A stretch of 63,113 nucleotides of DNA. Source: an uncultured Clostridia bacterium. Its GTDB lineage: Bacteria; Bacillota; Clostridia; Christensenellales; DTU072. Numbering within the stretch: position 1 is the first letter of the stretch; every line of letters begins with the position of its first letter. The stretch covers positions 1 to 63,113 of the forward strand of contig CALVOD010000001.1 in the NCBI GenBank assembly GCA_944350065.1. Reading direction: 5' to 3'. Shown piece by piece: positions 38,966 to 47,437 of the stretch. Made by a program: the position numbers and the translations under genes. The notes beneath the pieces were generated by a model, which saw only the letters and a program-made list of their open reading frames with translations, made no database searches and was not told where the DNA came from.

Positions 38966-39706
38966 ATGAAAGAATTACTCAAACAACTCTGGACGATCCC
39001 GAATATGCTTACCATATTGCGTATTATTGCGGTGCCGTTCATAATGTGGTGCACGCTCGATCCTTCGACGTATATCGAATGCGGCGAATATACCTTCCCG
39101 ATCATAGGTCTCGTGATAATGATCGTCGCGGCTTCCACCGATCTCGTGGACGGCTATATCGCGAGAAGATTCAATCAGGGCTCGCAGCTCGGAGAAATGA
39201 TAGACCCGCTTGCCGACAAACTAATGCATTGCGCGGCGGTGCTTTCGCTGGTGATAATCGGTTACGTGCACTGGGCTTTCATCGTGATACTGCTCGCGAA
39301 AGAAGGCACGATGGTGCTCGGCGGCATTTATATGGCGGGAGACAGCAAGAATATCAAAGCCAACTATATGGGCAAAGTGGCGTCCGCGACGCTGTCGCTT
39401 GCGATAGTGATGAGCTATTTCCACGCGTTCTGGGCGGATAAAGTTTTCTATCTCGACTGGATTGTGCTCGGGATAGGGCTGGTGCTCACCTATATGGCGT
39501 TCTTCAATTATCTCAAGCAGGCTATAGGCATCATCAAAGGCATACTCGCCCGTAAGAAAGCGGCAAAAGAAGGGACCGACGTTTCCGAAGCGGGTGTTTC
39601 CTGCGCGAATGCGGATACCGCAACCGAAGAAAGCGCGGATACAACCGACGGCGCAGAAAACGGAAGCGAAAGCGACGAGGACAAAAGCGCCGACGAAGAA
39701 AACTAA
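38966..39706 (+). CDS. pgsA: CDP-diacylglycerol--glycerol-3-phosphate 3-phosphatidyltransferase with an acidic C-terminal tail
   Basis: CDP-alcohol phosphatidyltransferase motif DLVDGYIARRFNQGSQLGEMIDPLADK and multiple TM helices. The last ~55 aa are Asp/Glu/Ser/Thr-rich. Confidence 0.82.
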   Translation: MKELLKQLWTIPNMLTILRIIAVPFIMWCTLDPSTYIECGEYTFPIIGLVIMIVAASTDLVDGYIARRFNQGSQLGEMIDPLADKLMHCAAVLSLVIIGYVHWAFIVILLAKEGTMVLGGIYMAGDSKNIKANYMGKVASATLSLAIVMSYFHAFWADKVFYLDWIVLGIGLVLTYMAFFNYLKQAIGIIKGILARKKAAKEGTDVSEAGVSCANADTATEESADTTDGAENGSESDEDKSADEEN

Positions 39707-39786
39707 TTTTCTAATTTAAACAAACAGAATACAAATAATCGGAACAACGATAATCGAAAGGTTATCCTTGTCCAAGAGGTTAAGAA

Positions 39787-42408
39787 ATGGAACTACCTAA
39801 AAATTACGAGCCGCAAAGTTTCGAGACAGAGATTTACTCGAATTGGGAGAGCTCCGGCTATTTCCGTCCCGAAGTGGACCGCAACAAAACGCCTTTCTCC
39901 ATAGTGATACCGCCTCCGAACATAACGGGGCAGTTACACATGGGGCACGCCCTGAACAATACCATTCAGGACATAATCATACGTCATAAACGTATGCAGG
40001 GATATTCCACGCTGTGGCTTCCCGGGACCGACCACGCGAGCATCGCTACCGAAGTCAAGATCGTCGATCAGCTCCGCACGGAAGGACTGGAGAAGGAGGA
40101 TATCGGCAGGGAAGAATTCCTCAAGCGCGCATATCAATGGAAAGAGACGTACGGCGGTAAAATAGTCAGGCAGTTGCGCAGGCTCGGGTGCTCCTGCGAC
40201 TGGTCGCGCGAAGCGTTCACTATGGACGAGCGTTGCTCGCGTGCGGTCAGAGAGGTATTCGTCAACCTCTACCGTAAAGGTCTGATATACCAAGGCAGCA
40301 GGATCATCAACTGGTGTCCGCATTGCCATACCGCGCTTTCCGACGCGGAAGTGGAATACGAGGCGCAGGACAGTCATCTTTGGCATATCCGCTATCCTTA
40401 CGCGGACGGTTCGGGTTATATGGTCATTGCCACCACCCGTCCCGAAACGCTGCTCGGAGACACCGCCGTGGCGGTCAATCCTAAGGACGAGCGTTATAAA
40501 GACAAAGTCGGCAAGATGCTTAAATTGCCGCTTACCGACAGGCTCATACCCGTTATCGCGGACGATTACGTGGAACTCGATTTCGGTACCGGCTGCGTAA
40601 AAATCACGCCCGCGCACGATCCTAACGACTTCGAAGTGGGTTTAAGACACAATCTCGAAGTCATACGCATAATGGACGACGGCGGCGTCATCAACGAGAA
40701 CGGCTACGCCTATGCGGGAATGGACAGGAACGAAGCCCGCAAGAAGATGGTAGAGGATCTCGAGGCGCAGGGGCTTATGGAGAAGATCGAGCCTTATTCG
40801 CACAACGTGGGTTGTTGTTACCGTTGCAAGAGTACCGTCGAGCCCATCGTAAGCAAACAGTGGTTCGTCCGTATGGAAAAACTTGCGGAGCCCGCCATCA
40901 AGGTGGTGCGTAACCGCAAAATAACCTTCATACCCGAGAGGTTTGCAAAAACCTATTTCAACTGGATGGAGAATATCAAGGACTGGTGTATTTCCCGTCA
41001 GCTTTGGTGGGGACACCGTATTCCCGCGTGGTACTGCGAAGATTGCGGCGAAATAATAGTGGAGAAGGAAGACCCCACCCGTTGCCCGCATTGCGGCAGC
41101 ACGAAGCTCAGACAGGACGAAGACGTGCTCGACACCTGGTTCAGCTCGGCGCTCTGGCCTTTTTCGACGCTCGGTTATCCCGAAGCCACGGAGGACCTCA
41201 AATACTTCTATCCCACCAACGTGCTCGTTACCGCATACGACATCATCTTCTTCTGGGTGGCGCGTATGATATTCAGCGGACTCGAGCACATGGGCGAAAT
41301 ACCCTTCCCCGAAGTGCTTATCCACGGCATCGTGCGCGACGCCGAGGGACGTAAGATGTCCAAGTCTTTGGGCAACGGCATCGACCCCCTGATGCTCATC
41401 GACAAGTACGGCGCGGACGCGTTGCGCTTCAGCCTTACCACCGGCGTCGCTCCCGGCTCCGATATCCGTTTCAGCGAGGAGAAGATGGAGCCGAGCCGCA
41501 ACTTCCTCAATAAACTGTGGAATGCTGCGCGTTACGTGCTTATGAACAGCGAAGGTAAGACTTTACCGCCTATCGGTAGCTTTAGCTACACTTCCGCCGA
41601 CAAGTGGATATTGTATAAACTTAATCAGACCGTGCGCGAAGTGGGCGTGTATCTGAAGAAGTACGAGCTCGGTATGGCGAACGCCAAGCTGTACGACTTT
41701 ATCTGGAGCGATTTCTGCGACTGGTACGTCGAGCTCACCAAGCCCGCGCTTTACGGCAATTCCGAGAAAGCCGCGCTCGAAGCGCTGTCCGTGCTCACGT
41801 ACGTGCTGAAGCAGATACTCAAACTCATGCATCCCTTTACTCCGTTCATCACCGAGCGCATCTGGCGCGAGTGCGGCGAGAAGGGAACGATAATGCTCGA
41901 AAGCTACCCCGTCTACACGAAGAAATTCGTATTTACCGCCGAGTATCGCAAATTCGAGAAGATCAAAGACCTTATCCGCGCGGTGCGTAATCTGAGAGCG
42001 GAGATGAACGTTCCCGTTTCGAAGAAGCTCAATCTCTATATCGTGTCCGACATAGCGAAGTACATAGAGAAGAATTCGAGCTACATTCTCAAGCTCGCCA
42101 ACGTGGAAGCTATACATTTCGTTTCCGCCAAGGAAGAAGCGGGCGAGAAGATAGCGTCCGTGGTCGTACCCGACGCGCAGGTATTCATACCGCTCGGGGA
42201 GCTGGTGGATACCGAGAAAGAGCTCATGCGTCTCGACAAGGAATTGCGCAACGTCGAAGCGGAGATCAAGCGCGGCGAGGGAATGCTCGCGAACGCCGGA
42301 TTCGTTTCGAAAGCGCCCAAGGCGCTCGTGGAAGCGGAGCAAAGCAAGCTCGAAGCGAACCGCGAGAAACGCAGGAAGATACTTGCGAATATCGAGAGCC
42401 TGAAATAG
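39787..42408 (+). CDS. valS: valine--tRNA ligase
   Basis: HIGH (PPPNITGQLHMGHAL), KMSKS (KMSKSLGN), a CP1 editing domain, and a C-terminal coiled coil. 873 aa. Confidence 0.95.
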   Translation: MELPKNYEPQSFETEIYSNWESSGYFRPEVDRNKTPFSIVIPPPNITGQLHMGHALNNTIQDIIIRHKRMQGYSTLWLPGTDHASIATEVKIVDQLRTEGLEKEDIGREEFLKRAYQWKETYGGKIVRQLRRLGCSCDWSREAFTMDERCSRAVREVFVNLYRKGLIYQGSRIINWCPHCHTALSDAEVEYEAQDSHLWHIRYPYADGSGYMVIATTRPETLLGDTAVAVNPKDERYKDKVGKMLKLPLTDRLIPVIADDYVELDFGTGCVKITPAHDPNDFEVGLRHNLEVIRIMDDGGVINENGYAYAGMDRNEARKKMVEDLEAQGLMEKIEPYSHNVGCCYRCKSTVEPIVSKQWFVRMEKLAEPAIKVVRNRKITFIPERFAKTYFNWMENIKDWCISRQLWWGHRIPAWYCEDCGEIIVEKEDPTRCPHCGSTKLRQDEDVLDTWFSSALWPFSTLGYPEATEDLKYFYPTNVLVTAYDIIFFWVARMIFSGLEHMGEIPFPEVLIHGIVRDAEGRKMSKSLGNGIDPLMLIDKYGADALRFSLTTGVAPGSDIRFSEEKMEPSRNFLNKLWNAARYVLMNSEGKTLPPIGSFSYTSADKWILYKLNQTVREVGVYLKKYELGMANAKLYDFIWSDFCDWYVELTKPALYGNSEKAALEALSVLTYVLKQILKLMHPFTPFITERIWRECGEKGTIMLESYPVYTKKFVFTAEYRKFEKIKDLIRAVRNLRAEMNVPVSKKLNLYIVSDIAKYIEKNSSYILKLANVEAIHFVSAKEEAGEKIASVVVPDAQVFIPLGELVDTEKELMRLDKELRNVEAEIKRGEGMLANAGFVSKAPKALVEAEQSKLEANREKRRKILANIESLK

Positions 42409-42494
42409 CCTTACAGCTATATTCGCCCGAATAGGACTTAAATCGACATAATCGCCTCTCTTTTAAGGTTTAGAATAAGGAGAGGTGATTTTTT

Positions 42495-43268
42495 ATGGCA
42501 AGAACCGTGGTGATAGCGTCCGGAAAGGGCGGCGTGGGCAAGACTACCGTGACCGCCAATCTCGGTATATTGCTCGCGATGACCGGCAAGCGGGTGATAC
42601 TTGCGGACGCGGACATAGGACTGAATAACCTGGACGTGGCGTTGTGTATCGAGAACAGGGTGGTATACGACGTCGTGGACGTCGCGGAGGGAAGGGCGGG
42701 GCTCAGAGACGCGCTCGTCAAAGACAAATTCGTACCCACGCTTTCGGTGCTGCCGTCCGCCAAAGCCAACAGCTCCGACAGGGTACGCGCGGCGGCGTTC
42801 GCGGGCATAATAGCGGAAGCAGCGGGAATGGCGGATTACGTTATCATAGACGCGCCGGCAGGCGTTGACGCCGGCTTTCACAGAGCGGTGTCGGCGGCGC
42901 GCGAAGCAATAGTCGTTACCACGCCCCACGTCAGCGCGATACGCGACGCGGACAGAACGGTTTCGCTTCTTTCGACCTACAACGTCGCGCGCATAGGTCT
43001 CGTCGTGAACAGGGTAAGGGGGGATCTCGTCACCAAAGGCGAAACGGTGCCTCCCGAGAAAATAGCGGAGCTTTTGCGTTTACCCCTTTACGGCGTGATA
43101 CCGGAGTCCGACGCGGTGGGCGTTTATACGGTGCTTAATTCTTACGGGCGCGAAGGCGCCGCGGAAGCGTACCGAATGCTTGCGGAATACGTCGAAGGAA
43201 GCGGTAAAGAAGTTTACGACTACACGAGGCGGTACCGCGGCTTTTTAGGAAGACTGAGAAGATTTTGA
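42495..43268 (+). CDS. minD: septum site-determining ATPase MinD
   Basis: Deviant Walker A SGKGGVGKTT, DADIGLNNLD, and a C-terminal amphipathic tail (FLGRLRRF). 257 aa. Confidence 0.9.
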   Translation: MARTVVIASGKGGVGKTTVTANLGILLAMTGKRVILADADIGLNNLDVALCIENRVVYDVVDVAEGRAGLRDALVKDKFVPTLSVLPSAKANSSDRVRAAAFAGIIAEAAGMADYVIIDAPAGVDAGFHRAVSAAREAIVVTTPHVSAIRDADRTVSLLSTYNVARIGLVVNRVRGDLVTKGETVPPEKIAELLRLPLYGVIPESDAVGVYTVLNSYGREGAAEAYRMLAEYVEGSGKEVYDYTRRYRGFLGRLRRF

Positions 43269-43537
43269 GGGGATTCGGGAATATTCAGGAGGCGACGATG
43301 CATAGGGAAGCGGGAGAAGCCGCATACGAACGGCTCAAACAAAGTATGGCGCGCGATAAGGCGTTGCCCGAAGGATTCATGAACTTGCTGCGCGCCGATC
43401 TCGATACGGTGTTGAAAGCCTATTTCGAGTACGGCGAAAGCGATCTCAGAGCGGAGCTTACTCCGTGGGCGGGAGAGGGGTACACGCTTACCGTTACGCT
43501 TTCCGCTCCGCGAGCCAAGCAGGTAAAACTTCTTTGA
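43265..43537 (+). CDS. minE: cell division topological specificity factor MinE-like (start uncertain: TTG 43265 or ATG 43298)
   Basis: It lies directly after minD. AYERLKQSMARDKALPEGFMNLLRADLDTVLKAYFEY parallels the MinE A.ERL..IL.HDR....P.....L..DI..VI.KY. ATG 43298 has AGGAGG 6 nt upstream. Confidence 0.6.
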   Translation: MRGFGNIQEATMHREAGEAAYERLKQSMARDKALPEGFMNLLRADLDTVLKAYFEYGESDLRAELTPWAGEGYTLTVTLSAPRAKQVKLL

Positions 43538-44345
43538 GCGTCGACTGAAGCGGATACTTTACGAGCAGCTTGCCCACCTCTTTTTCGTCGAGCTCCGCAA
43601 TTTTTCCGAAGGCGTCGTCCACCACCTCGAACGTGGTGTAAGAGTCTGCGTCGATATGCTTAGTAAGGCGAATGAGCTTCAGCCCGTCGTGCACCATCAC
43701 CGTGCGGCGTACAATCGGAGAATTCAGGTGTTTGGTATACGGAATCGCTTCGGTAAGATGCCTGTACATCTCTTTTTCGGTACCTCCGGTTGCCGACACG
43801 TACAGCAGTACCGCCATTACCCCGAGCGAATAATTCAGCCCGTAGAAGTAGGAAGCCAGGTATAACCCGAAGACGGCGAACGCAAGCGTAATTCCGGTAA
43901 CGCGCAGTATCCTCAGCACTTTTACGGGGTTACGGCTTAACGCTACGATGATGCGCGCGCCGTCGAGCGGGTATGCGGGCAGAAGATTGAACGCGCCTAT
44001 TGCGAGACTTACCTCGAACACCGTTTTCGTATAGACGTACGCCGACGGGAAAGCCCACCACAGCGCGTAAAGGGAAACGCATATAGCGAAATTTGCAAGC
44101 GGGCCCGCAACTGCTATCGGAAGGGAGTCCTTACGGGAGATGTTTTCTCCGCCCGCGAGCATGGCGCCGTACGGCATCAGAGTTACGCAATTCAGCACGT
44201 ATCCGCGCGAATACGCCGCGCGAGAGTGGGCGAGCTCGTGCACGAGCACCACGGCTATCGTGGCGAGCAGGTAGGCGTAGCCGCCCTGTATGACGACGGC
44301 GACGGCGAAAAGCCAGAACGCCGGATGGAATTTAATGCGTATCAT
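43494..44345 (-). CDS. site-2 protease family (peptidase M50), SpoIVFB-like
   Basis: HELAH zinc motif, NLLPAYPLDG, six hydrophobic segments, and a C-terminal soluble (CBS-like) domain. 283 aa, similar in size to SpoIVFB, and next to minD as in B. subtilis. Confidence 0.82.
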   Translation of the reverse strand: MIRIKFHPAFWLFAVAVVIQGGYAYLLATIAVVLVHELAHSRAAYSRGYVLNCVTLMPYGAMLAGGENISRKDSLPIAVAGPLANFAICVSLYALWWAFPSAYVYTKTVFEVSLAIGAFNLLPAYPLDGARIIVALSRNPVKVLRILRVTGITLAFAVFGLYLASYFYGLNYSLGVMAVLLYVSATGGTEKEMYRHLTEAIPYTKHLNSPIVRRTVMVHDGLKLIRLTKHIDADSYTTFEVVDDAFGKIAELDEKEVGKLLVKYPLQSTLKEVLPAWLAERKA

Positions 44346-44400
44346 ACTTGTATAATATTCGCGCGCGCCGCCCTTATTCGAAGAAATCTCACGCTTTCTA

Positions 44401-44430
44401 TTGAAATCGATATCGTTTATGTAGTATAAT
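44401..44430 (+). promoter_or_regulatory. promoter TTGAAA-18 nt-TATAAT upstream of the GH36-like gene
   Basis: TTGAAA at 44401-44406 and TATAAT at 44425-44430. Confidence 0.5.
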
Positions 44431-44491
44431 TAACAGAGTTCGGAAAATTCGGACGTCCGATAATTCAACGGATTCAACGGAGGCGTTTCAA

Positions 44492-46156
44492 ATGAAGGAA
44501 AGTAAAATCTACATAAAATATAAGATCGGCAACAAAGTTTACGAAGACGATTTGTATCAGAACCAGCATTACACGATCGAGGCGACCGCCGACGGCGAAA
44601 ACGGAGTGCGTTTCGTATTCGTCCCGCGCGAAAAAATCGAGCTCGTTTCGTTCGAACTGAAATATCTGCGTAAGACTGCACCCGGCGAAAAGTTTTTCGT
44701 GAACGGTTATCAGGCATGGACGACTTCCCGCGAAATGGGAGCGGGCGACGTACAGAAAGGGCTGACGCCGCTTGCTAAGATAATACCTTTCGCGAAGATA
44801 ATTCTCGAACTTACGGGAGACTACGCGTTCACCGAATACAGCGGAAAACCCGGCAAATTCCATTCCTTCACCTATACTTATTTCCGCAAGGAAAACGCCG
44901 TCGAGCTGTACGGCTCGCTCAACGAGCGTACGGGATTTACGATTTTCTCCGTCGACATGGACGCGGGCGAGATGCGCATTGCCAAAGACGTGGCGGGCGC
45001 GGTGGTGACCGAGCCGTACGAAATACTCAACGTGGTGAAAATTTCGGGCGAATACGACGAGGTATTCGATAAGTATTTCGCGCTTATGAATATTCCCAAG
45101 CCCCGTCTTACGCACATGGCGGGATATACGAGCTGGTACAATTATTTCGGCAATATCGACGAAAGCATAATCAACAGGGACATAGACAATTTCGCAAGGG
45201 TGGGGGAGAACGCGGACATATTCCAGATAGACGACGGGTATCAGACCTTTGTGGGCGACTGGATAGATCCAAATCCCGCGAAGTTCCCTTCGGGAATGAA
45301 AGCGGTAGCCGACCGCATACACGACAAAGGCTATATGGCGGGGCTGTGGCTGGCGCCGTTTAACGCTTCCAAGAAATCCCGCGTAGCCCGCGAGCATCCC
45401 GACTGGTTCCTTAAAAAGCCCAACGGCAAACCCGCCACCACGATATTCAACTGGGGCGGCGCGCATACGCTCGACATATATAACGAAGAAGCCCGCGAAT
45501 ACATAGCGCACTGCTTCGACGTCGTGCTCAACGAGTGGGGCTTCGATATGGTCAAACTCGACTTCCTTTATTCCCACTGCATCAAGCCTCGTAACGGCAA
45601 ATGCCGCGGTATGCTCATGGCGGAAGGAATGGACTTTTTGCGCGAATGCGTGGGCGACAAACTGATACTCGGTTGCGGCGTGCCGCTCGGCTCCGCTTTC
45701 GGCATTGTGGACGCGTGTCGAATCGGTTGCGACGTGGTTACGCGTTATAAAGGCAGATATTATACCAATATAAACCTTTGCGCCGAAATACCTTCCGCGC
45801 ATAACGCGATAAACAACGCCGTTTTCCGCAGGCACCTCGACGGCAGAGCGTTCTGCAACGACCCCGACGTATTCTTCCTGCGCGACTACAACCTCAAATA
45901 CACCGATATGCAGAAAAAGCTCCTCGCCCGGATAAATCATCTGTTCGGCAACGTGCTTTTCGTCAGCGACGACGTAGGCACGTACAACGAGGAACAGCTC
46001 GAATTGCTGTATAAAACCTTCGCTCCGAGCAACGCGATAATAATCTCCGCCGAATATACCGACAAAGATTACTTTACGATCAAATACCTCGAGGACGGCG
46101 AGCGTAAGACGTTGGCGTTCGACCTTAAAGCGGGCGAAACCTCTTCTGAGCTTTAA
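44492..46156 (+). CDS. alpha-galactosidase-like glycoside hydrolase (clan GH-D, GH36-type)
   Basis: IFQIDDGYQTFVGDW, GLWLAPF and MVKLDFLY fit the melibiase (beta/alpha)8 pattern. GGAGG RBS present. The longer antisense ORF is rejected. Confidence 0.65.
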   Translation: MKESKIYIKYKIGNKVYEDDLYQNQHYTIEATADGENGVRFVFVPREKIELVSFELKYLRKTAPGEKFFVNGYQAWTTSREMGAGDVQKGLTPLAKIIPFAKIILELTGDYAFTEYSGKPGKFHSFTYTYFRKENAVELYGSLNERTGFTIFSVDMDAGEMRIAKDVAGAVVTEPYEILNVVKISGEYDEVFDKYFALMNIPKPRLTHMAGYTSWYNYFGNIDESIINRDIDNFARVGENADIFQIDDGYQTFVGDWIDPNPAKFPSGMKAVADRIHDKGYMAGLWLAPFNASKKSRVAREHPDWFLKKPNGKPATTIFNWGGAHTLDIYNEEAREYIAHCFDVVLNEWGFDMVKLDFLYSHCIKPRNGKCRGMLMAEGMDFLRECVGDKLILGCGVPLGSAFGIVDACRIGCDVVTRYKGRYYTNINLCAEIPSAHNAINNAVFRRHLDGRAFCNDPDVFFLRDYNLKYTDMQKKLLARINHLFGNVLFVSDDVGTYNEEQLELLYKTFAPSNAIIISAEYTDKDYFTIKYLEDGERKTLAFDLKAGETSSEL

Positions 46157-46212
46157 ATAATTAAATAAAACCCGTTCAATTCCGTAATATGTGATATCAT
46201 TCATAATTCGGC

Positions 46213-46243
46213 AAACGGCTCGCGCCGCGGCGCGAGCCGTTTT
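46213..46243 (+). terminator. intrinsic terminator after the GH36-like gene
   Basis: 12-bp stem AACGGCTCGCGC/GCGCGAGCCGTT followed by TTT. Confidence 0.8.
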
Positions 46244-46414
46244 TAACGGTCTCAAACAAATCATAAAACGCTAAACGAAAACTCCGGGGCTTACGGGGCG
46301 CAGCGTTCTTTCCTAAAGCGCCGCGAACGCTTGCGGATATACCTTGTGCGGCGTAGCCTTTTTTTGCCTTTTACCTGTGGCATTATAACCTTGCGGTTAC
46401 ATATAATAAGTTGT

Positions 46415-47110
46415 ATGGCGGTCACAGGAATCATTCTTCCCTCCTCGCGAGGAGCGGAAAGAGAGTTCGTCATAAGGCTTGCCCGTAAAGAGGGTATGGC
46501 CGTTGACGAGAATATCCATAAGGCTCACGCGGTGTTGAAACTTACTTCCGATTTGAAGGAGCACAACCGTTTGACTTCGTTTTTCGTAGCGGAAACGCTT
46601 ACGATGTTTTATAAATTCAGGGCTCTCGAAAGCGTAATAAAGGGATACGAAAGCGACGGTTATGAATCCGCTGCTTATCTCGGCGCGTTGCTTTCGGTGG
46701 AACTCGAGGAGGAGCGGAAACGCATTTACGCGGCGACGGAAGGCCTCGAATGCATAGCCGTCGAGAGTCTTCTCGAGCTGAGACTCGAGGAACTTAAAGA
46801 GGGTTGGGCGGGACTCAACGAACTGGGCAGAATGCTGTTGCAGCAATGCTCGGAAGGAGAGGAGGTCTATTCTCTCGTGCCGTACTTCATAACGGGCGAA
46901 CCGCTTTCGCCGCGGCTTACCGTCTCGGGCGGAGACCGCTTGCGGCTTACGGGCGGGGGCGCCGAAAAGATTGTGCCCGAGCTTACGGGGGACGCGGAGC
47001 GTGATCTCGTCGTCGCGCTTATGCGAGAGCGCCCCACTCATATAGTGATCAGAAACAGAGAGGAGATAAGCGAAAAGCTTCTTAAGACGTTGCGCGCCCT
47101 CGGCGAATAA
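46415..47110 (+). CDS. hypothetical protein (weak resemblance to sporulation protein YtxC); start uncertain, ORF open from 46331
   Basis: The frame is long and clean with native-looking codons, but no candidate start has a convincing RBS. Helical segments (LLELRLEELKEGW..) and the C-terminal PTHIVIRN..LLKTLR only loosely recall YtxC. Confidence 0.4.
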   Translation: MAVTGIILPSSRGAEREFVIRLARKEGMAVDENIHKAHAVLKLTSDLKEHNRLTSFFVAETLTMFYKFRALESVIKGYESDGYESAAYLGALLSVELEEERKRIYAATEGLECIAVESLLELRLEELKEGWAGLNELGRMLLQQCSEGEEVYSLVPYFITGEPLSPRLTVSGGDRLRLTGGGAEKIVPELTGDAERDLVVALMRERPTHIVIRNREEISEKLLKTLRALGE

Positions 47111-47361
47111 TCGATAGGAGAAGGGGTAAGCGGCGCGTCGTTATCGCTTTCCGCGCGACGGCGAGCAGGCGCTCTTTGCAATCGAGCCGTTCCCTTGCGG
47201 TACGGCTTTTCCTTTTGCGCGCCGCGTTTCGGCTGCGGATATTCCTTTTTTTGACGTTTTCCGCACTTACTTGCGCGCGCCGCGGCACGCGCTCGCCTAG
47301 CGCGCTTATTTAATTATATTAAATTTAATATATTTACATAGAATATACTTTTTACTAAATA

Positions 47362-47390
47362 TTGACATCTTCGCTGTCTTATGGTACTAT
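47362..47390 (+). promoter_or_regulatory. promoter TTGACA-17 nt-TACTAT with TGn extended -10 and an AT-rich UP-like region
   Basis: TTGACA at 47362-47367, TG at 47382-47383, TACTAT at 47385-47390. It is preceded by ~50 nt of A/T. Confidence 0.65.
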
Positions 47391-47437
47391 ATCTTGTGTG
47401 TCTATGCACATTAAGGAGGAAAAATTTAGGAGGCAAT

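Noticed and set aside
42409-42494. Possible RBS-sequestering hairpin upstream of minD (CCTCTC pairing with the GAGAGG of the Shine-Dalgarno).
   Set aside because: The pairing is only about 6 bp with mismatches and has no alternative structure. It is insufficient to call a regulatory element.
44346-44380. Possible leaderless start for the M50 protease (TATTAT 6 nt before the ATG on the minus strand, no RBS).
   Set aside because: No acceptable -35 lies at 16-18 nt (best is TTCGAA at 19 nt), so the promoter call is too weak to report as a feature.
44474-46264. A 596-aa minus-strand ORF, longer than the plus-strand gene it overlaps.
   Set aside because: It is fully antisense to the GH36-like gene, which has recognisable motifs (DDGYQ, KLDFLY) and a GGAGG RBS. 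The antisense product is Arg/Val/Phe/His-rich low-information sequence with no RBS. This is a typical shadow ORF of a G/C-ending codon bias.
47082-47288. A 68-aa minus-strand ORF in the gap upstream of the topoisomerase genes.
   Set aside because: The product is extremely Arg-rich with no RBS or promoter, and it lies in GC-rich hairpin-forming DNA. It is not credible as a gene.
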